From NCBI GenBank assembly GCA_963728305.1, contig CAVSKE010000040.1, positions 94,005-158,004 of the forward strand: a stretch of 64,000 bases of DNA. Direction: 5' to 3'. A program made the position numbers and the translations under genes. Of the stretch, positions 37,066-50,150 are shown piece by piece. A model generated the notes under the pieces. It saw only the letters and a program-made list of their open reading frames with translations, did no database searches and was not told where the DNA came from. Origin of the DNA: an uncultured Acidobacteriota bacterium. GTDB lineage: Bacteria > Acidobacteriota > Vicinamibacteria > Vicinamibacterales > UBA2999. The first letter of the stretch is position 1. Each line of letters begins with the position of its first letter.

Positions 37066-38139
37066 TGAATGCTCCCGGAGGACTGACGCCCGATCGACGA
37101 GGATGCGAGCCCGGCCGCCCTTCCCGTCATGAGTCCCGCCGCCTGCCTGACCGTGATTCCTTCCAGCACACGTCCGGCGTGTCGGGCAAGAACGTCGAGA
37201 AACGCAGCCCAGTAGGGATCATCGTGGTTATCGGCAACGGGGCGGTCGGCATACAGGATCGCCACGACCGACCCACCCACCGACACCGGCCACGCGGCCG
37301 GTGTCCGCACCTCATCTGTACGAGCGAATTCCGGAACGGAATTCTCCGCGCGCGGGAAGACCCCAGCGCCGGACCGGACAGCCTCAGCCATGGGCCCGGA
37401 ATCACTCACGTCAATGTCGAGCCTCGGAGCATCGGAAGGGAAATCGAAACCGACGATTCGCCAGTCGCGGAGCCTGTTTCCTTTGACGAGAAAGACCGCG
37501 GCACGGCCGGCTTCACAGCCAGCCCGAAGCGCAAGCGTCTCTAGGACTTCGCCAAAGGTCGCCGCGTCGTCCAGCGCTCGCACTGCATCCGGCAATCGTC
37601 TCGCCTGCAAGGCCCACTGATCACTGTTACGGAGCTGGCCCGTCAGTCGGTTTACTTCATTGCGCGCCGTCTCGGACTCGCGTCGCAGTGCCTCGATGTC
37701 GCGCAGCGTCACCTCGACATCGTCGCGTGTCGAGTCGAGCTGTGCGCGCGCGTCCGCGATGTCCCAGGTCAGCCTCTCGATTTCCTCTCGAGCTGCCGCC
37801 GTTTCCTTCTGACTGTTCTGACTTTCTTTTAGGAGGCGACCCGCATCACCACGCGCCTCATCAAGACCACGCTGGAGCTCTTCGATCTCAGCGGCAAGAC
37901 GTATACGCTGCTGCTCCAACTCGCGCGCCGCAGACTCACGGACCTCCATCAGTTGCTGCTCGGCTTCCCGCCGAGCCTCAGCCGTGGCGCGCTCTGCGGC
38001 CTCGGCAGCCATCTGGGCGGTGGCGGCGCTGCGCAGTGCGGATCAGCTCGTCCTGACAAGAGCTGAGCTCCGACTCGAGGCGGCCTCGCAATGAATCGAG
38101 GAGTCGGTTTACCGTCTCACGAATCTGATCATCCAGCAC
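37062..38139 (-). CDS. Coiled-coil + C-terminal GAF-like domain protein (indel ~38030)
   Basis: Long heptad region, then PVSVGGSVVAILYAD GAF strand motif; GTG start at 38139 inferred. Confidence 0.7.
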
Positions 38140-38244
38140 AGCCACGTCTGAGCGCCATTATACGGCTCCCGTAAGCTGTTCGTACATCGACGTTTGGCGG
38201 CGATCCCGCGGAACGCCCGCCGGCCATAGCCTGTCTGACGAGGG

Positions 38245-39995
38245 CTACCGGAAGATCTGGTTGAGCCGCGCTTCGCTGACCAGGCGCACCTGTCGGACGC
38301 GCCACTGATTCCCACGAAGCTCCCAGACCTGTGAGACCGGGGAGATGCGCGGCGGCATGGCATTGTCAGATGAGCGTTCGGTCATGACCGCCGTCAGCAC
38401 AGCCGTATCCGCTGCGATCTGCACGCTGACACGATCGAGCGTGCGGTTGACGTCGACGTTTGCCGGAAAGCGCTCCTCGTTGCGTCGTTCATCCGCAAGC
38501 TGCAGGCCTTCGCTCGAGAGCATTGCCATGACCGCACGGTCCTGACGCTGGTAGGCATCGAGCCATTGGCGCGACGCCGTGACGACAGCGGCGACGGGCG
38601 TCGCCGGGCCTGGCGTTGGAAGCTCAGCGCGCGGCGCAGCAGGCGGCACAGTTGTTTCCGCGCGCGCGACCGGCGGTGGTCCAGACTCGATCGGCGGACC
38701 CGGCGGCGTGGCCGCGACGGGTTGCACGAGCGGGTACCGAAGTCGATCCACCGCTCGCCGAACTCGGAGGTCCTGCGGCAATCGGCGAGGATAAGGGCGC
38801 GGCTCTTTGAGTGGGTGTGGCTTGAGGACTCGACGGACCCGGCAGCGGCGTTGCGCTTGCCGCCTGGCGCTCGGGTACTTTCGACAACGAACTGGCGACT
38901 GACGACCTGGCCGTCGCGACCAAGCGGTGCCGCCTTGCCTTTGTTCACTGACACGTAGACGGCACCAGCGTCACCGACACGCAGCGTCACACTCTGCTGC
39001 GCATTGAGCTGCAGACTCTCACCCTGCGCCAGCATGCGGCCCGAGTCGGACTCTCCGTCCACGGTCGTTCGCAGCCACGACGATCGGCGCGCCTCGACGA
39101 GCAGCGAGAGCGCAGATGCAGCGGCCGATGTGTCGGCCACAGCCACGGGCGCGGGGGGCGGAGTTGATGATGCAGCCGGAGCAACGCTCGAAGGCGTTGC
39201 GGGAGTCCGTTCGGGTGCAGTCGATTGCGCCGCGACGTCCGACGCGGCCGGCTCTTTGCCGGATTGCTGCCACAAGATCGTACCAACGAGCACGGCTATC
39301 CCGGCAACACCGAAGAGCGCCACGAATACCCGAGCGCGCCGGTTCGAAGGCACCGGGACCGCATCGCTCGTAAACGGGGGTGACAACAGCATCCGCGATG
39401 CGGCGGGCGACATCGACGGTGTATATGAGTGCACGGGAGGAGACGACGGCGACGACGACCGTTGCGGCGTGGCGAGCAGCGTTTCCTCAGAGAAGATGCT
39501 CGGCGGTTCGGGCGGCGGAGGCAGCTTCGCCGGTTCCGCCAATGCCTGGAACGGAACGGTGCGCGCATCCTCGGCGAGTGCGTCCATGTCCGCGCGGGCG
39601 TCGTCGAGCATGCCCTTGACCGCGTCCTCAGGAGCAAAGACCGCGTCGCCGAAGTCCTGCTGGTCTTCTATCTCCCCATCGGTATCGCGTCCGCGGTTGA
39701 GGAGCACCGTGGGATCCGGCCGCGCCTCGGCTTCACCCAGCGCGGCCTGCACCTGCGCCGAGAGCACGAGCAGCTCACGCCTCGCCTCCATCACGATCTG
39801 CCGCACATCGCGTCGCGCTGACGTCACAATCTCCATCGCTTCACGCTCGGCCGAGCCGCGCACTTCGTCGCGCAATCTGGCCAGCTCGTCAGCTTGAGCG
39901 ATCCAGGCGTCTCGGCGGACGCGGTACTGCTCGATGAGATCGGGAACGGGCTTTCCCGGGGACGCGTTCGGCTTCAGCTCTTTCGAATCAGACAT
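38245..39995 (-). CDS. Bitopic protein: DivIVA-like coiled coil, TM, RodZ C-terminal (DUF4115)-like domain, NTF2-like domain (frameshifted)
   Basis: AEREAMEIVTSARRDV; TM; SWLRTTVDG...LRVGDAGAVYVSVN...PLGRDGQV; C-terminal QVWELRGNQWRV. Confidence 0.65.
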
Positions 39996-40104
39996 CGTCT
40001 TTGGGGGACTGGTCGGGTTTACGACACCCAGCACGCGACATTTGTGTGATTGTCCCCCCGGCAGGTGCCCGAAGTCGAGGCCCAACCATCCGAAATCTGA
40101 GCGG

Positions 40105-40133
40105 TTGACCCGGCCGACCCTGGGGCGTATAAG
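40105..40133 (+). promoter_or_regulatory. Sigma70 promoter of the TonB-dependent receptor
   Basis: TTGACC-N17-TATAAG; imperfect palindrome ATTGACCCGG..CCGGTCAAT at 40201-40225 before the RBS. Confidence 0.6.
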
Positions 40134-40236
40134 GGGTCCGCCTCACTTGTCAGAGCGCTTTCTACGCGGGTATTCGTGCAGTTTGGAGGATTCGCGGCTC
40201 ATTGACCCGGTTGAAGCCGGTCAATAAGGGGGATTC

Positions 40237-43200
40237 ATGCGACGCAAGGTATTCCTAATACTGCTGGGGCTAGGACTCCTGTTTGCCCCTCGTCTCGCAC
40301 ATGCGCAGGCATCAATCACAGGAGTTGTTCGTGACACGTCGGGGGCGGTGCTCCCTGGCGTGACAGTCGAGGCCGCGAGCGACGTCCTCATCGAGAAGGT
40401 TCGGACCGCCGTTACAGACGGCAACGGCCTGTATCGCATCGTCGATCTCCGTCCGGGCACCTACGTCGTGACCTTCACGTTGACCGGGTTCAGTACATAT
40501 AAACGGGAAGGCCTGGAACTCGCCTCTGAATTCAACGCGACGGTGAATGCGGATCTTCGTGTCGGCGCGCTCGAGGAAACGATCACCGTGACCGGCGAGA
40601 GTCCCATCGTCGACGTGCAGAGCGCGAGACGCCAGCGGACACTGGATAGTGATCTCGTGCAGTCGTTGCCCACGGCAAAGGGCTATGCGGGTCTCATGGT
40701 GCTGATTCCGTCGATGGTGCAGAGCGGCGGCGGCGTGCCCAACGTGCAGTTGAGCCCCGGCATGGTGGTGTTCGGTGGACGCGGCGGACGCGGCAATGAA
40801 GGGCGCGCCCAAGTCGATGGCTTGAATACAGGTGCCTCGCTGAACGGCGGCGGCGTCTCGGGCTACCGGCAGGACGTCGAGAACGCGCAGGAGATCGCCA
40901 TCACGACCGCCGGCGGTCTGGGTGAAACCGAGGTTGGTGGGCCCACCATCAACATCGTCCCGCGCACGGGCGGGAATACATTCCGGTCGCACTTCTTCTT
41001 CACCGGCCTTCGCGGCGGCATGCAGGCGAGCAACTTCTCCGACGAACTGCAGCAAGCGGGCCTTCGCACGCCGGCGAAGACAAACTACATCTACGACACC
41101 AGCTACTCGCTCGGTGGTCCGATCAAGCAGGACAAGATCTGGTTCTACTTCCTCGGTTACTACCGCGGCAGCGAGAACACCATCCCGGGCATGTTCTACA
41201 ACCAGAACTGAATTCGATCCGACGAAGTGGAGCTACGTGCCCGACACGAACCGCCCCGCCCTCTCAGGTGGCCGCGGTCCCTTACAGCCGGCGCTCCGCC
41301 TCACGTTCCAGTTGTCGTCGCGCGACAAGCTGAATCTGTTCTGGGATGAACAAATCAGCAACAACAGTCTCGGCGCCGGATCGGCGACGAACGCACCCGA
41401 GACGGGCGGCCGCAATCACGGATGGCAGCGCGTGCAGCAGGTCAAGTGGACCTCGACCCGCACGAACAAGCTCCTCCTCGAAGCGGGCCTCGGCACGTAT
41501 CTGTCGAACTGGAATACGCGCGAGCGCTACGCAGAAGATTCACCGTTGTCCGTTGACGCGCGCCGCAATCTCATTCAAGTGAATGAGCAGTGTGCCGCCA
41601 CGCAGCCTCGCGACGCTTTTGGCCGCGGCGGCACGTGCGCCGAGAACGGCGGCATCGCCGGTCTCAACTACCGCAATCAGGCGTTCTGGAACGCCGACTG
41701 GATCGGCGCGCACACCTGGAACGCGGCGGGCACGTACGTGAGCGGCGCCAACAGTATCAAGGTGGGATACCAGGGCGCCTATCATGAGGACAATCGCGCG
41801 CAGGAAGGTGGCACGAACGATCTGACCTATCGCTTCAACAACGGGATTCCGAATCAGCTGACGCAGCGGCTCGAGTCGTACCGCACGTACTCACGTGTGC
41901 GCTACAACGCGCTCTACGTCCAGGATCAGTTGACGCGCGGGCGGCTCACGATGACCGGCGCGCTGCGCTACGACCACTCGTGGAGCTACTACCCGGAACA
42001 GTCGATCGGTGGCCCGGGCGTCAGGTTCCTCCCGGTGCAGTTCACGTGGGAAGAGTCGAAAGGCGTGATCGGCTATAACGACCTGACTCCGCGCATGGGC
42101 GTCGCGTATGACGTCTTCGGCACCGGCAAGACGGCGCTCAAGTTCAACGCGGGCAAGTACCTCGAGGCCGCCGTCAACGGCAACGGCAATTACTCGGCGC
42201 TGCTTCCGAGCTCGCGGATCGACCTCACGCAATCGCGATCGTGGACCGACTCGAACGGCAACTACACTGCGGACTGCGATCTGCTGAGCGGTGCGGCGCA
42301 GAACCTTACCGCAACGGGCGGCGATGTCTGCGGCGCCTGGGCCAATCCCAACTTCGGCAGGGCCGTCGATGCCAACGGCAATCCGATCTACAGCCTTGGT
42401 TACGCTGAGAAGATTCTCAAGGGCTGGGGCACGCGGCCGTCCGATTGGCAGATCGGCGTCACCCTGCAGCAGGAGATCCTGCCGCGGGTGTCGATCGAAG
42501 TCGGCTACTCGCGCCGCTGGCTGCAGAACTTCACGGTCACCGACAACCTGAACGTGAGCCCGGCGGACTTCGACCAGTTCAGCCTGGTCGCGCCGTCCGA
42601 TCCGCGCCTGCCCGGCGGAGGCGGCTACACGCTCAGCGGGCTGTATAACGTGAAGCCCGACAAGTTCTCGGTACCCGTGAACAACCTACGCACCTACGCG
42701 CCGGACTACGGAACGATCTCGCAGGTCTACAACGGCCTCGATATCAACATCAATGCGCGCATGCGCAACGGCATCCAGGTGCAGGCCGGCACGACGACGG
42801 GACAGCGGGTGACCGACTACTGTGATGTCCGCGGTCAGATTCCGGAGCAGACCGGCGGCTTCTCCACCGGAAGCGAAGTCAACGCCTACGGTCCGGTGAA
42901 CCCGTTCTGCCACGTTGAGCCCGGTATCACCACGCGGTTCACCAGCGCCGGCAGCTACGTCATCCCGAAGATCGATGTCATGCTGTCGGGCACGTTCCAG
43001 AGCTCACCCGCCGAGCCGCTGCAAGCGAACTGGACAGTCTCGAGCGCCATCGTCGCGCAGACGCTCGGTCGCCCGCTCGCCGGCGGCGCGCCGAACGTCA
43101 CCGTCAATCTGCTGGCTCCGGATCAGATGCGCGGGCCGCGCGTGAATCAGCTCGATCTCCGCGTCGGCAAGGTCCTCCGCTTCGCGTCGCAGCGCGCGAC

Positions 43201-43344
43201 CGTCTCGGTGGACATGTTCAACGCGCTCAATGCGGATACGGTGCTGACCTATAACCAGGCCTTCACGCCGGGCGGACAGTGGCTTGTCCCGAACACGGTG
43301 TTGACGGCGCGGACGGCCAAGATCACCGTGCAGTACGATTCTAA
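40237..43344 (+). CDS. TonB-dependent receptor with N-terminal carboxypeptidase-regulatory-like domain (Oar-like; indels ~41205 and ~43340)
   Basis: ITGVVRDTSGAVLPGVTV, EETITVTGESP, GGPIKQDKIWF, ALRYD, PRMGVAYD; restoring one T gives terminal QYDF*. Confidence 0.9.
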
Positions 43345-43490
43345 GCGTTCGGATCGTTCGTAACGTTCGGATCGTTCGTAACGTTCGGATCGTTCGGATC
43401 GTTCGGATCGTTCGGATCGTTCATCACAGAACGGTTCGAACGATCGTGGAACGATTCGAACGCCCCGAACGCTCGAACGATCCGAACGCT
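43344..43490. repeat. Hairpin of inverted 9-bp tandem repeats (CGTTCGGAT family, second copy)
   Basis: About 8-9 forward CGTTCGGAT/CGTTCGTAA units, then degenerate reverse units ending ATCCGAACGCT. Confidence 0.9.
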
Positions 43491-43491
43491 A

Positions 43492-44040
43492 TTACGTGCC
43501 TGGGTCCACCTGAACGTCGCTCGCGACACGCCGCACGCCCTTCACCGCATACGCGACCTGCACGGCCTCGAGGTGCGACTCGAGCGACTTCGATCTGCCA
43601 CCCAGCAACACCACACCCTTGTTGACCGACGCGACCGAGATGCCACTGTCCTTCACTCGAGCGTTGGCTTTGAACGCGGCCTGCACGGCGTCCTTGACGT
43701 CGGCGTCGGCGCGGTCGGCCACTTCGCGCTTCGAGTTCGGAACGATCTGCAGCAGATTCTTCACGCTCTTCACGCCGTCGACCTTCGCGGTGACCTGCTC
43801 GGCCTTGGCCTTCTCGCCATCGGTCGCCACCTTGCCGTGGAGCGTGACCACGCCATTGACAGTATCGACGTTAAGATCCGCCGCGCTCACGTTGTCGGCG
43901 GTCATCAGCGCGATCGTCGTCTTCATCGTGATCCAGGCGTCGGCCGTGTCCGCGGCCATGGCCGGCGGCCCACCGATGCACAATCCCAGCGCAAGCGCAG
44001 CCGCGACGATATGGAAGTGCTTGGTTCGTCCTGTTGTCAT
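43492..44040 (-). CDS. Dual-BON-domain periplasmic protein (OsmY-like)
   Basis: Signal peptide; DAWITMK, VDTVNGVVTLHG, VDGVKSVKNLL, second BON; GGGAGG RBS. Confidence 0.92.
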   Translation of the reverse strand: MTTGRTKHFHIVAAALALGLCIGGPPAMAADTADAWITMKTTIALMTADNVSAADLNVDTVNGVVTLHGKVATDGEKAKAEQVTAKVDGVKSVKNLLQIVPNSKREVADRADADVKDAVQAAFKANARVKDSGISVASVNKGVVLLGGRSKSLESHLEAVQVAYAVKGVRRVASDVQVDPGT

Positions 44041-44075
44041 CTGAAGGCCTCCCTTGACCATTCAGGACTACGCAC

Positions 44076-44092
44076 TGCAACGCCGGTGCCCA
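44076..44092 (-). promoter_or_regulatory. Sigma54 (-24/-12) promoter motif
   Basis: TGGGCAC-CGGCG-TTGCA (GG-N10-GC) upstream of the BON gene. Confidence 0.7.
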
Positions 44093-44135
44093 TCAATGGC
44101 GCGGCGTTACTTTTGCGGGCCGTGGCAGGGGCGGG

Positions 44136-46421
44136 TCAGATATAGGACTTGCCGGTGCGGCCGGCGAGACTTGCCACGGTCGCGACGAGCTCGGTGGGAT
44201 CGACGGGCTTGGTGAGATGCGTTTGAAAGCCCGCGAGCAGCGCGCGACGTCGGTCTGCGACGCGTGCGAGCGCGGTGAGCGCCGCCGCCGGCACCGATGA
44301 CATCGGCGCCTGCATCTCACGCACGCGCTTCATGAAGTCATAGCCGTCCTGATCCGGCATCGCCACGTCGCTCACGATCACGTCGGGCACCAGGCCTTCC
44401 TGAATCGTCTGCAGCGCGGCCTTCGCCGTCTCGCATGCCGATACGCGCGCGCCGGCATCCTCGAGCAGCCGCTGCACGAGATCGCGGGCGTCGGCTTCAT
44501 CGTCAACCACCATCACGACGATGTCGGCGAGCACCGGCTTTGTACGCGACGACGCATCAACGTGCTCGGGCGCGTGATGCTGCGCCGATCGACTGAACGG
44601 CAGAGTGACGGTGAACACTGCACCGCGCCCCGAACCGGCACTCGAGGCCTGCACCGATCCGCCATGCATCTCAGCGACGTGCTTCACAATCGCCAGTCCC
44701 AGCCCGAGGCCGCCGTGCCGGCGAGTGGACGAGGAATCCCCCTGCCGAAACCGCTCGAAGATGTGTGGCAGCAGCTCCGGAGCGATCCCCTGGCCATCGT
44801 CAATCACTTCAATCTGCGCGCAATCGTCCACGATACGCAATCCAACTGTGACAATGCCGTCGCGGCTGGTGAACTTGATGGCGTTGCTTACCAGGTTCCA
44901 CACCACCTGCTGTAACCGCGGCCGATCGCCATTCACATCAGGATCGCTGTCGTAGACCGTGCTGAGATGGACGCCTCTGGCATCGGCGGCCGCGCGCGCC
45001 GAAGCCACGACCTCGTCGATGACCGACGCCAGGTTCACAGCGTGCACGTCGAGCGGCAGCTTGCCCGAGACGATGCGACTGACGTCGAGAAGATCGTCAA
45101 TGATCTGCGCTTGCCGACGGGAATTGCGATCGATCACCTCGATCGCCTTGCGCAAGGTCTCCCGGCTCTGGTCCTGCTTCAACACGCCAACCCACCCGAC
45201 AATCGAGTTGAGCGGCGTGCGCAGCTCGTGGGAGACGGTGGCAAGAAACTCGTCCTTCATCTGCATCGCACGCTCGGCATCGACGCGCGCCTGACGTTCA
45301 CGCTCGAGCAATTGATTGCGCTCTTCGTCGGCACGCTTGTGTTCCGTGATGTCGCGCGAGATCGCCAGCAGCCGCAGCACGGTGCCGCTCTCGTCGCGAA
45401 TCGGCGTGACGATCACATCCCACCACTTCGGTGTCCCCCGGGCAGTGGCACAGAACGCCTGGAACCGTCCCTCGCCGGCACGCACCGCGTCGGCGAGCGC
45501 GGCACCCGCGAGGCTGGCGCTCTCGCCCCACACCTCGACCCACAGCCGCCGGTTGAAGCCCGGCTCGTCGTCCACTTCGAGCAGCCGCGCCGCGGCGCGA
45601 TTCATGGAGATGAGCCGGCCGTCCGGCTCGAGAATCTGAATGCAGTCTCCCGAGTTGTCGAGGATGCTGCGGGTAGTCCGCTCGCTGCGCTGCAAGTCCT
45701 GCGTCGCCGATTGCATCGAGCTCTCGGCGCGCAGACGTCCCGCGATCTCGCGCTCGAATGCGATGCGCCGGCGTTCGAGACTGTGATCCACCGTCGCCGT
45801 GACGAGGCCGAGTGTCCCTGCCAACAGCAGGCTCGCGATGGCAAACACCAACGAGATCCGTCTCGCCAGGCGCGCTTCCTCGCCTCGCTGATCGAGCAAC
45901 GACTGCTCGACCATCTTCATGTCGGCCGCGGCCAGCCGGATGCGAGCCATCTGCTGATTCCCGGCATCGGAGGCAATCCCGCCGACCGCATCAGCCGTGC
46001 GCCCGGCCTGATGTGACTCGATTGCCGTCTGCAGCTGATTCAGTCGCTCACGGCTCAACGCGCTGAGCTGCTCTGCACGGGCACGCTGATCGGGATCGTC
46101 GGCTTCGAGTGTGGCGAGCGCTGCCGTGGCGGCTCCGACGCGCGGACCGGCGTCCATGTACGGCTCGAGCAGTGAGGCGCGGCCGGTGAGCAGATACTCG
46201 CGCGCGCTGTTCTCGGCGTCGAGCAGACTGGTGATGAGCTCGTCGGTCGCACTCAGTGCCTTATGCGCGCGATCGATCTGTTCGGACGCTATTGAGAAAC
46301 GAAAGTACTGGTGGAAGGCTAGCCCGCCGCACACAAGCAGCAGCGCGATGATCACCAGAAAGACCCCACGCCACTTCGGCACTGGTTGAATGTCCGGGTC
46401 TGAGGGGCGAAGTTCGGTCAT
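44136..46421 (-). CDS. CHASE3/PAS hybrid sensor kinase with receiver domain
   Basis: TM-CHASE3 (DAENSAREYLLTG)-TM, PAS, VSHELRTPL, NAIKFT, GLGLGL, REC (SDVAMP). Confidence 0.93.
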   Translation of the reverse strand: MTELRPSDPDIQPVPKWRGVFLVIIALLLVCGGLAFHQYFRFSIASEQIDRAHKALSATDELITSLLDAENSAREYLLTGRASLLEPYMDAGPRVGAATAALATLEADDPDQRARAEQLSALSRERLNQLQTAIESHQAGRTADAVGGIASDAGNQQMARIRLAAADMKMVEQSLLDQRGEEARLARRISLVFAIASLLLAGTLGLVTATVDHSLERRRIAFEREIAGRLRAESSMQSATQDLQRSERTTRSILDNSGDCIQILEPDGRLISMNRAAARLLEVDDEPGFNRRLWVEVWGESASLAGAALADAVRAGEGRFQAFCATARGTPKWWDVIVTPIRDESGTVLRLLAISRDITEHKRADEERNQLLERERQARVDAERAMQMKDEFLATVSHELRTPLNSIVGWVGVLKQDQSRETLRKAIEVIDRNSRRQAQIIDDLLDVSRIVSGKLPLDVHAVNLASVIDEVVASARAAADARGVHLSTVYDSDPDVNGDRPRLQQVVWNLVSNAIKFTSRDGIVTVGLRIVDDCAQIEVIDDGQGIAPELLPHIFERFRQGDSSSTRRHGGLGLGLAIVKHVAEMHGGSVQASSAGSGRGAVFTVTLPFSRSAQHHAPEHVDASSRTKPVLADIVVMVVDDEADARDLVQRLLEDAGARVSACETAKAALQTIQEGLVPDVIVSDVAMPDQDGYDFMKRVREMQAPMSSVPAAALTALARVADRRRALLAGFQTHLTKPVDPTELVATVASLAGRTGKSYI

Positions 46422-46454
46422 GCGGCGAGGAGAGGCACACTAATGTCTTCGAAA

Positions 46455-46471
46455 CGCAAATCCACTGCCAG
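46455..46471 (-). promoter_or_regulatory. Sigma54 promoter motif
   Basis: CTGGCAG-TGGAT-TTGCG upstream of the CHASE3 kinase. Confidence 0.55.
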
Positions 46472-46512
46472 GGTGCCGGGCGGTCGAGCTGGTGGAGGCC
46501 GAAAGCACCGAC

Positions 46513-48050
<1,538 letters not shown>

Positions 48051-48054
<4 letters not shown>

Positions 48055-48716
48055 GGAGCCGAAGCCTCCTCGGGTAATGCCACACCAACGGCCCCCCGTC
48101 CGTTGGCCGTAGCCCAAATTCGCCCCCCGGCCTCCGCTATCAAGCGGCAAGCCAGGGGAAGGGCGACACCGTGCCCTCCGCGCCACGGATCAAACGTCTC
48201 TGGGGGGGTTGACACGAGAGCGGCGCGATCCTCGTCGCAGCCCAGCAGGAACCGTGCCTCTTTTTTCTCTTCCTTCACTGAGACGCGTACCGCTTCGTTC
48301 CGGGTGGATTGCCTGACGGCGCACAGGATTACCGCGAGTGAGTGCACCAGACGGTCAAGGTGAACCCCTCGCACCGTGCCTGTGAGCTCCGGGTCGGCGA
48401 CGAATACTAAAGGCGAACACCGTGCCGTACACGCTTCGGTCACTTGCTCGACGAACTGCGAAACGCGAAGTGATGTGACCGGCCCGTCCGTGGCCTCTCG
48501 CTCGGCAACAAAGGCCGCGGCATCCTCGCAGAGTCGGCCAATACGGCCAAGCGCTTCCATCGACTGCACGAGCGCGCGTGAACGGTCAGCCTCAGACTCG
48601 AGCCGATTCTGGTGTAAGAGGCGCAGATAGCCCAGCGCGACACTCAGCGGCGCTCGCAAATCGTGGATGAGCAGGTTCAGCGCTTTCACGCTCTCTAGGT
48701 CATGAGTTGCTGGCAT
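48051..48716 (-). CDS. Sensorless HisKA protein with degenerate ATPase domain (possible phosphotransferase)
   Basis: H-box IHDLRAPL; N and G1 boxes absent; residual GGHGVAL...AGGRIW; ATGA overlap with the activator. Confidence 0.7.
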
Positions 48717-48754
48717 ACGAGTTGAACCACAAGAATCGCAAGCAGTAGTGACTG

Positions 48755-49189
48755 ATGACTTCAAATCCTCATTCGACCCCGGACGCGCCATCAGGCCCGA
48801 GCCTCCTCATCGTCGACGATTACCCCGACGCGCTCGATGTCTGGGGAGTCTATCTCCGTGCCGAAGGTTTCAAGGTCCTGACCGCCGCTGACGGCCAGAG
48901 TGCGTTCGCCGAAGCGGTGCGCGAGAAGCCCGACGTGATCATCATGGATCTCGAGCTTCCGGGGAAATCGGGATACGAAGTGGCGCGTGAACTGAAGGCG
49001 CGCCCCGATACTTGCGCGATTCCTCTAATCGCCGCCACCGGGTATTCGCACGTCAAGCAACTCGATCTGGCACGTGCGTCCGGCTTCGACGCGGTGATGG
49101 TAAAGCCATGCGATCCGCAGTCGCTGGTCGCTGAGATTCGTCGCCTCCTACGCAAACACGACGCGGCTCCTGCGGCGGCGACTGAGTAA
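48755..49189 (+). CDS. Single-domain response regulator
   Basis: LIVDD, IMDLELP, ATG, VKP. Confidence 0.9.
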   Translation: MTSNPHSTPDAPSGPSLLIVDDYPDALDVWGVYLRAEGFKVLTAADGQSAFAEAVREKPDVIIMDLELPGKSGYEVARELKARPDTCAIPLIAATGYSHVKQLDLARASGFDAVMVKPCDPQSLVAEIRRLLRKHDAAPAAATE

Positions 49190-49248
49190 CAGCCTTCCAT
49201 TTTAGGGCAAGCCATTACCTCAGCAGGCCGGTTCGGTACCACACGACT

Positions 49249-49265
49249 CTGGCACGAAGCCTGCT
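49249..49265 (+). promoter_or_regulatory. Sigma54 promoter motif
   Basis: CTGGCAC-GAAGC-CTGCT ending ~25 nt before the ATG at 49291. Confidence 0.65.
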
Positions 49266-49290
49266 CAGCCCAGCAATCCAAGGAGCGCAC

Positions 49291-49677
49291 ATGCCTGCGG
49301 ATGCCACCATTCAGAACGCGCTGATCGTCATCGCGATCGCGCTCAGTGTTCAGACATTGCTGATGCTCTGCACAGTGATCGCCATCTCGGTGGCCTGGAA
49401 GCGGGCGCAATCGACGCTCGACACACAGCTCAACCGCTTTGCCGAGCGCCTGGATGACATGGCCATGCAGACGCGCGTGGCTGTCAGCGCGCTGGAGCGT
49501 TCCACTAACCAGGTGAACACAGTGATTCACGATGCCGGCAACGTCCTGCGTGGTGTCGGGTCGTTCGTGGCAGCACCGCGATCATTGTTCATGACCGGCA
49601 TGGCGTCAGCCGTAACGGCGTTCTCGCGGTGGCGCCGATCGCGTCATCAACAGCAGGAGCACGCGGCAGCGCGGTGA
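49291..49677 (+). CDS. Membrane-anchored coiled-coil protein (YtxG/DUF948-like)
   Basis: N-terminal TM + amphipathic helix; AAGGAG RBS; position upstream of a YtxH-like gene. Confidence 0.55.
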   Translation: MPADATIQNALIVIAIALSVQTLLMLCTVIAISVAWKRAQSTLDTQLNRFAERLDDMAMQTRVAVSALERSTNQVNTVIHDAGNVLRGVGSFVAAPRSLFMTGMASAVTAFSRWRRSRHQQQEHAAAR

Positions 49678-49704
49678 GAGGCGCGCGGCCGCAGGAGGAT
49701 TCAC

Positions 49705-50037
49705 ATGTACGAGCGTCACGAAGATCAAAACGGGGGGTTTGCCGCCGGCCTCATTACCGGCGCCATTGTCGGCGCAGGACTGGCGCTGCTGCTGGCGCCG
49801 AAATCCGGCGCGGCGCTGCGCGATGAGCTCGGTGAGTCATGGCTCTCGCTGCGCGAGGCGGTCGGACGCCGTTATCGCGATCTGGCAGAACGCGCCGGCG
49901 TCGAGCTGGACAACCTGCAGGAGCGCATCGACCAGACCGCGGACGCGGTGGAGTCGAACGCCACCAAGCTCGTCGAGAAAGCGGCGCGGGAAGCGCGGCA
50001 GGTGTGGGGAGAACGAACGCCGAGAAACGATGTGTAG
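49705..50037 (+). CDS. YtxH-domain protein
   Basis: FAAGLITGAIVGAGLALLLAPKSGAALR; AGGAGG RBS. Confidence 0.88.
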   Translation: MYERHEDQNGGFAAGLITGAIVGAGLALLLAPKSGAALRDELGESWLSLREAVGRRYRDLAERAGVELDNLQERIDQTADAVESNATKLVEKAAREARQVWGERTPRNDV

Positions 50038-50040
50038 AAG

Positions 50041-50056
50041 TGGCACTCCGCTTGCT
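50041..50056 (+). promoter_or_regulatory. Near-consensus sigma54 promoter motif
   Basis: TGGCAC-TCCGC-TTGCT. Confidence 0.7.
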
Positions 50057-50066
50057 CCTTTGATTG

Positions 50067-50150
50067 GTCCATCCCCGCTTGGCGCGCGCTCTGCGAGCCG
50101 ACATTCGTTCCCCGTCCGTGCGAACGGGAGGCAGCATCTGCCTCCCTTCG
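50067..50150 (+). ncRNA. Candidate sigma54-dependent small RNA or structured leader
   Basis: Begins at the predicted +1 of the 50041 promoter; ends in perfect hairpin GGGAGGCAG-CAT-CTGCCTCCC (50126-50146). Confidence 0.35.

Noticed and set aside
43344-43490. CRISPR array or coding NDP-repeat peptide (ORF 43341-43529)
   Set aside because: Spacerless 9-bp tandem units; the ORF is a by-product of the repeat
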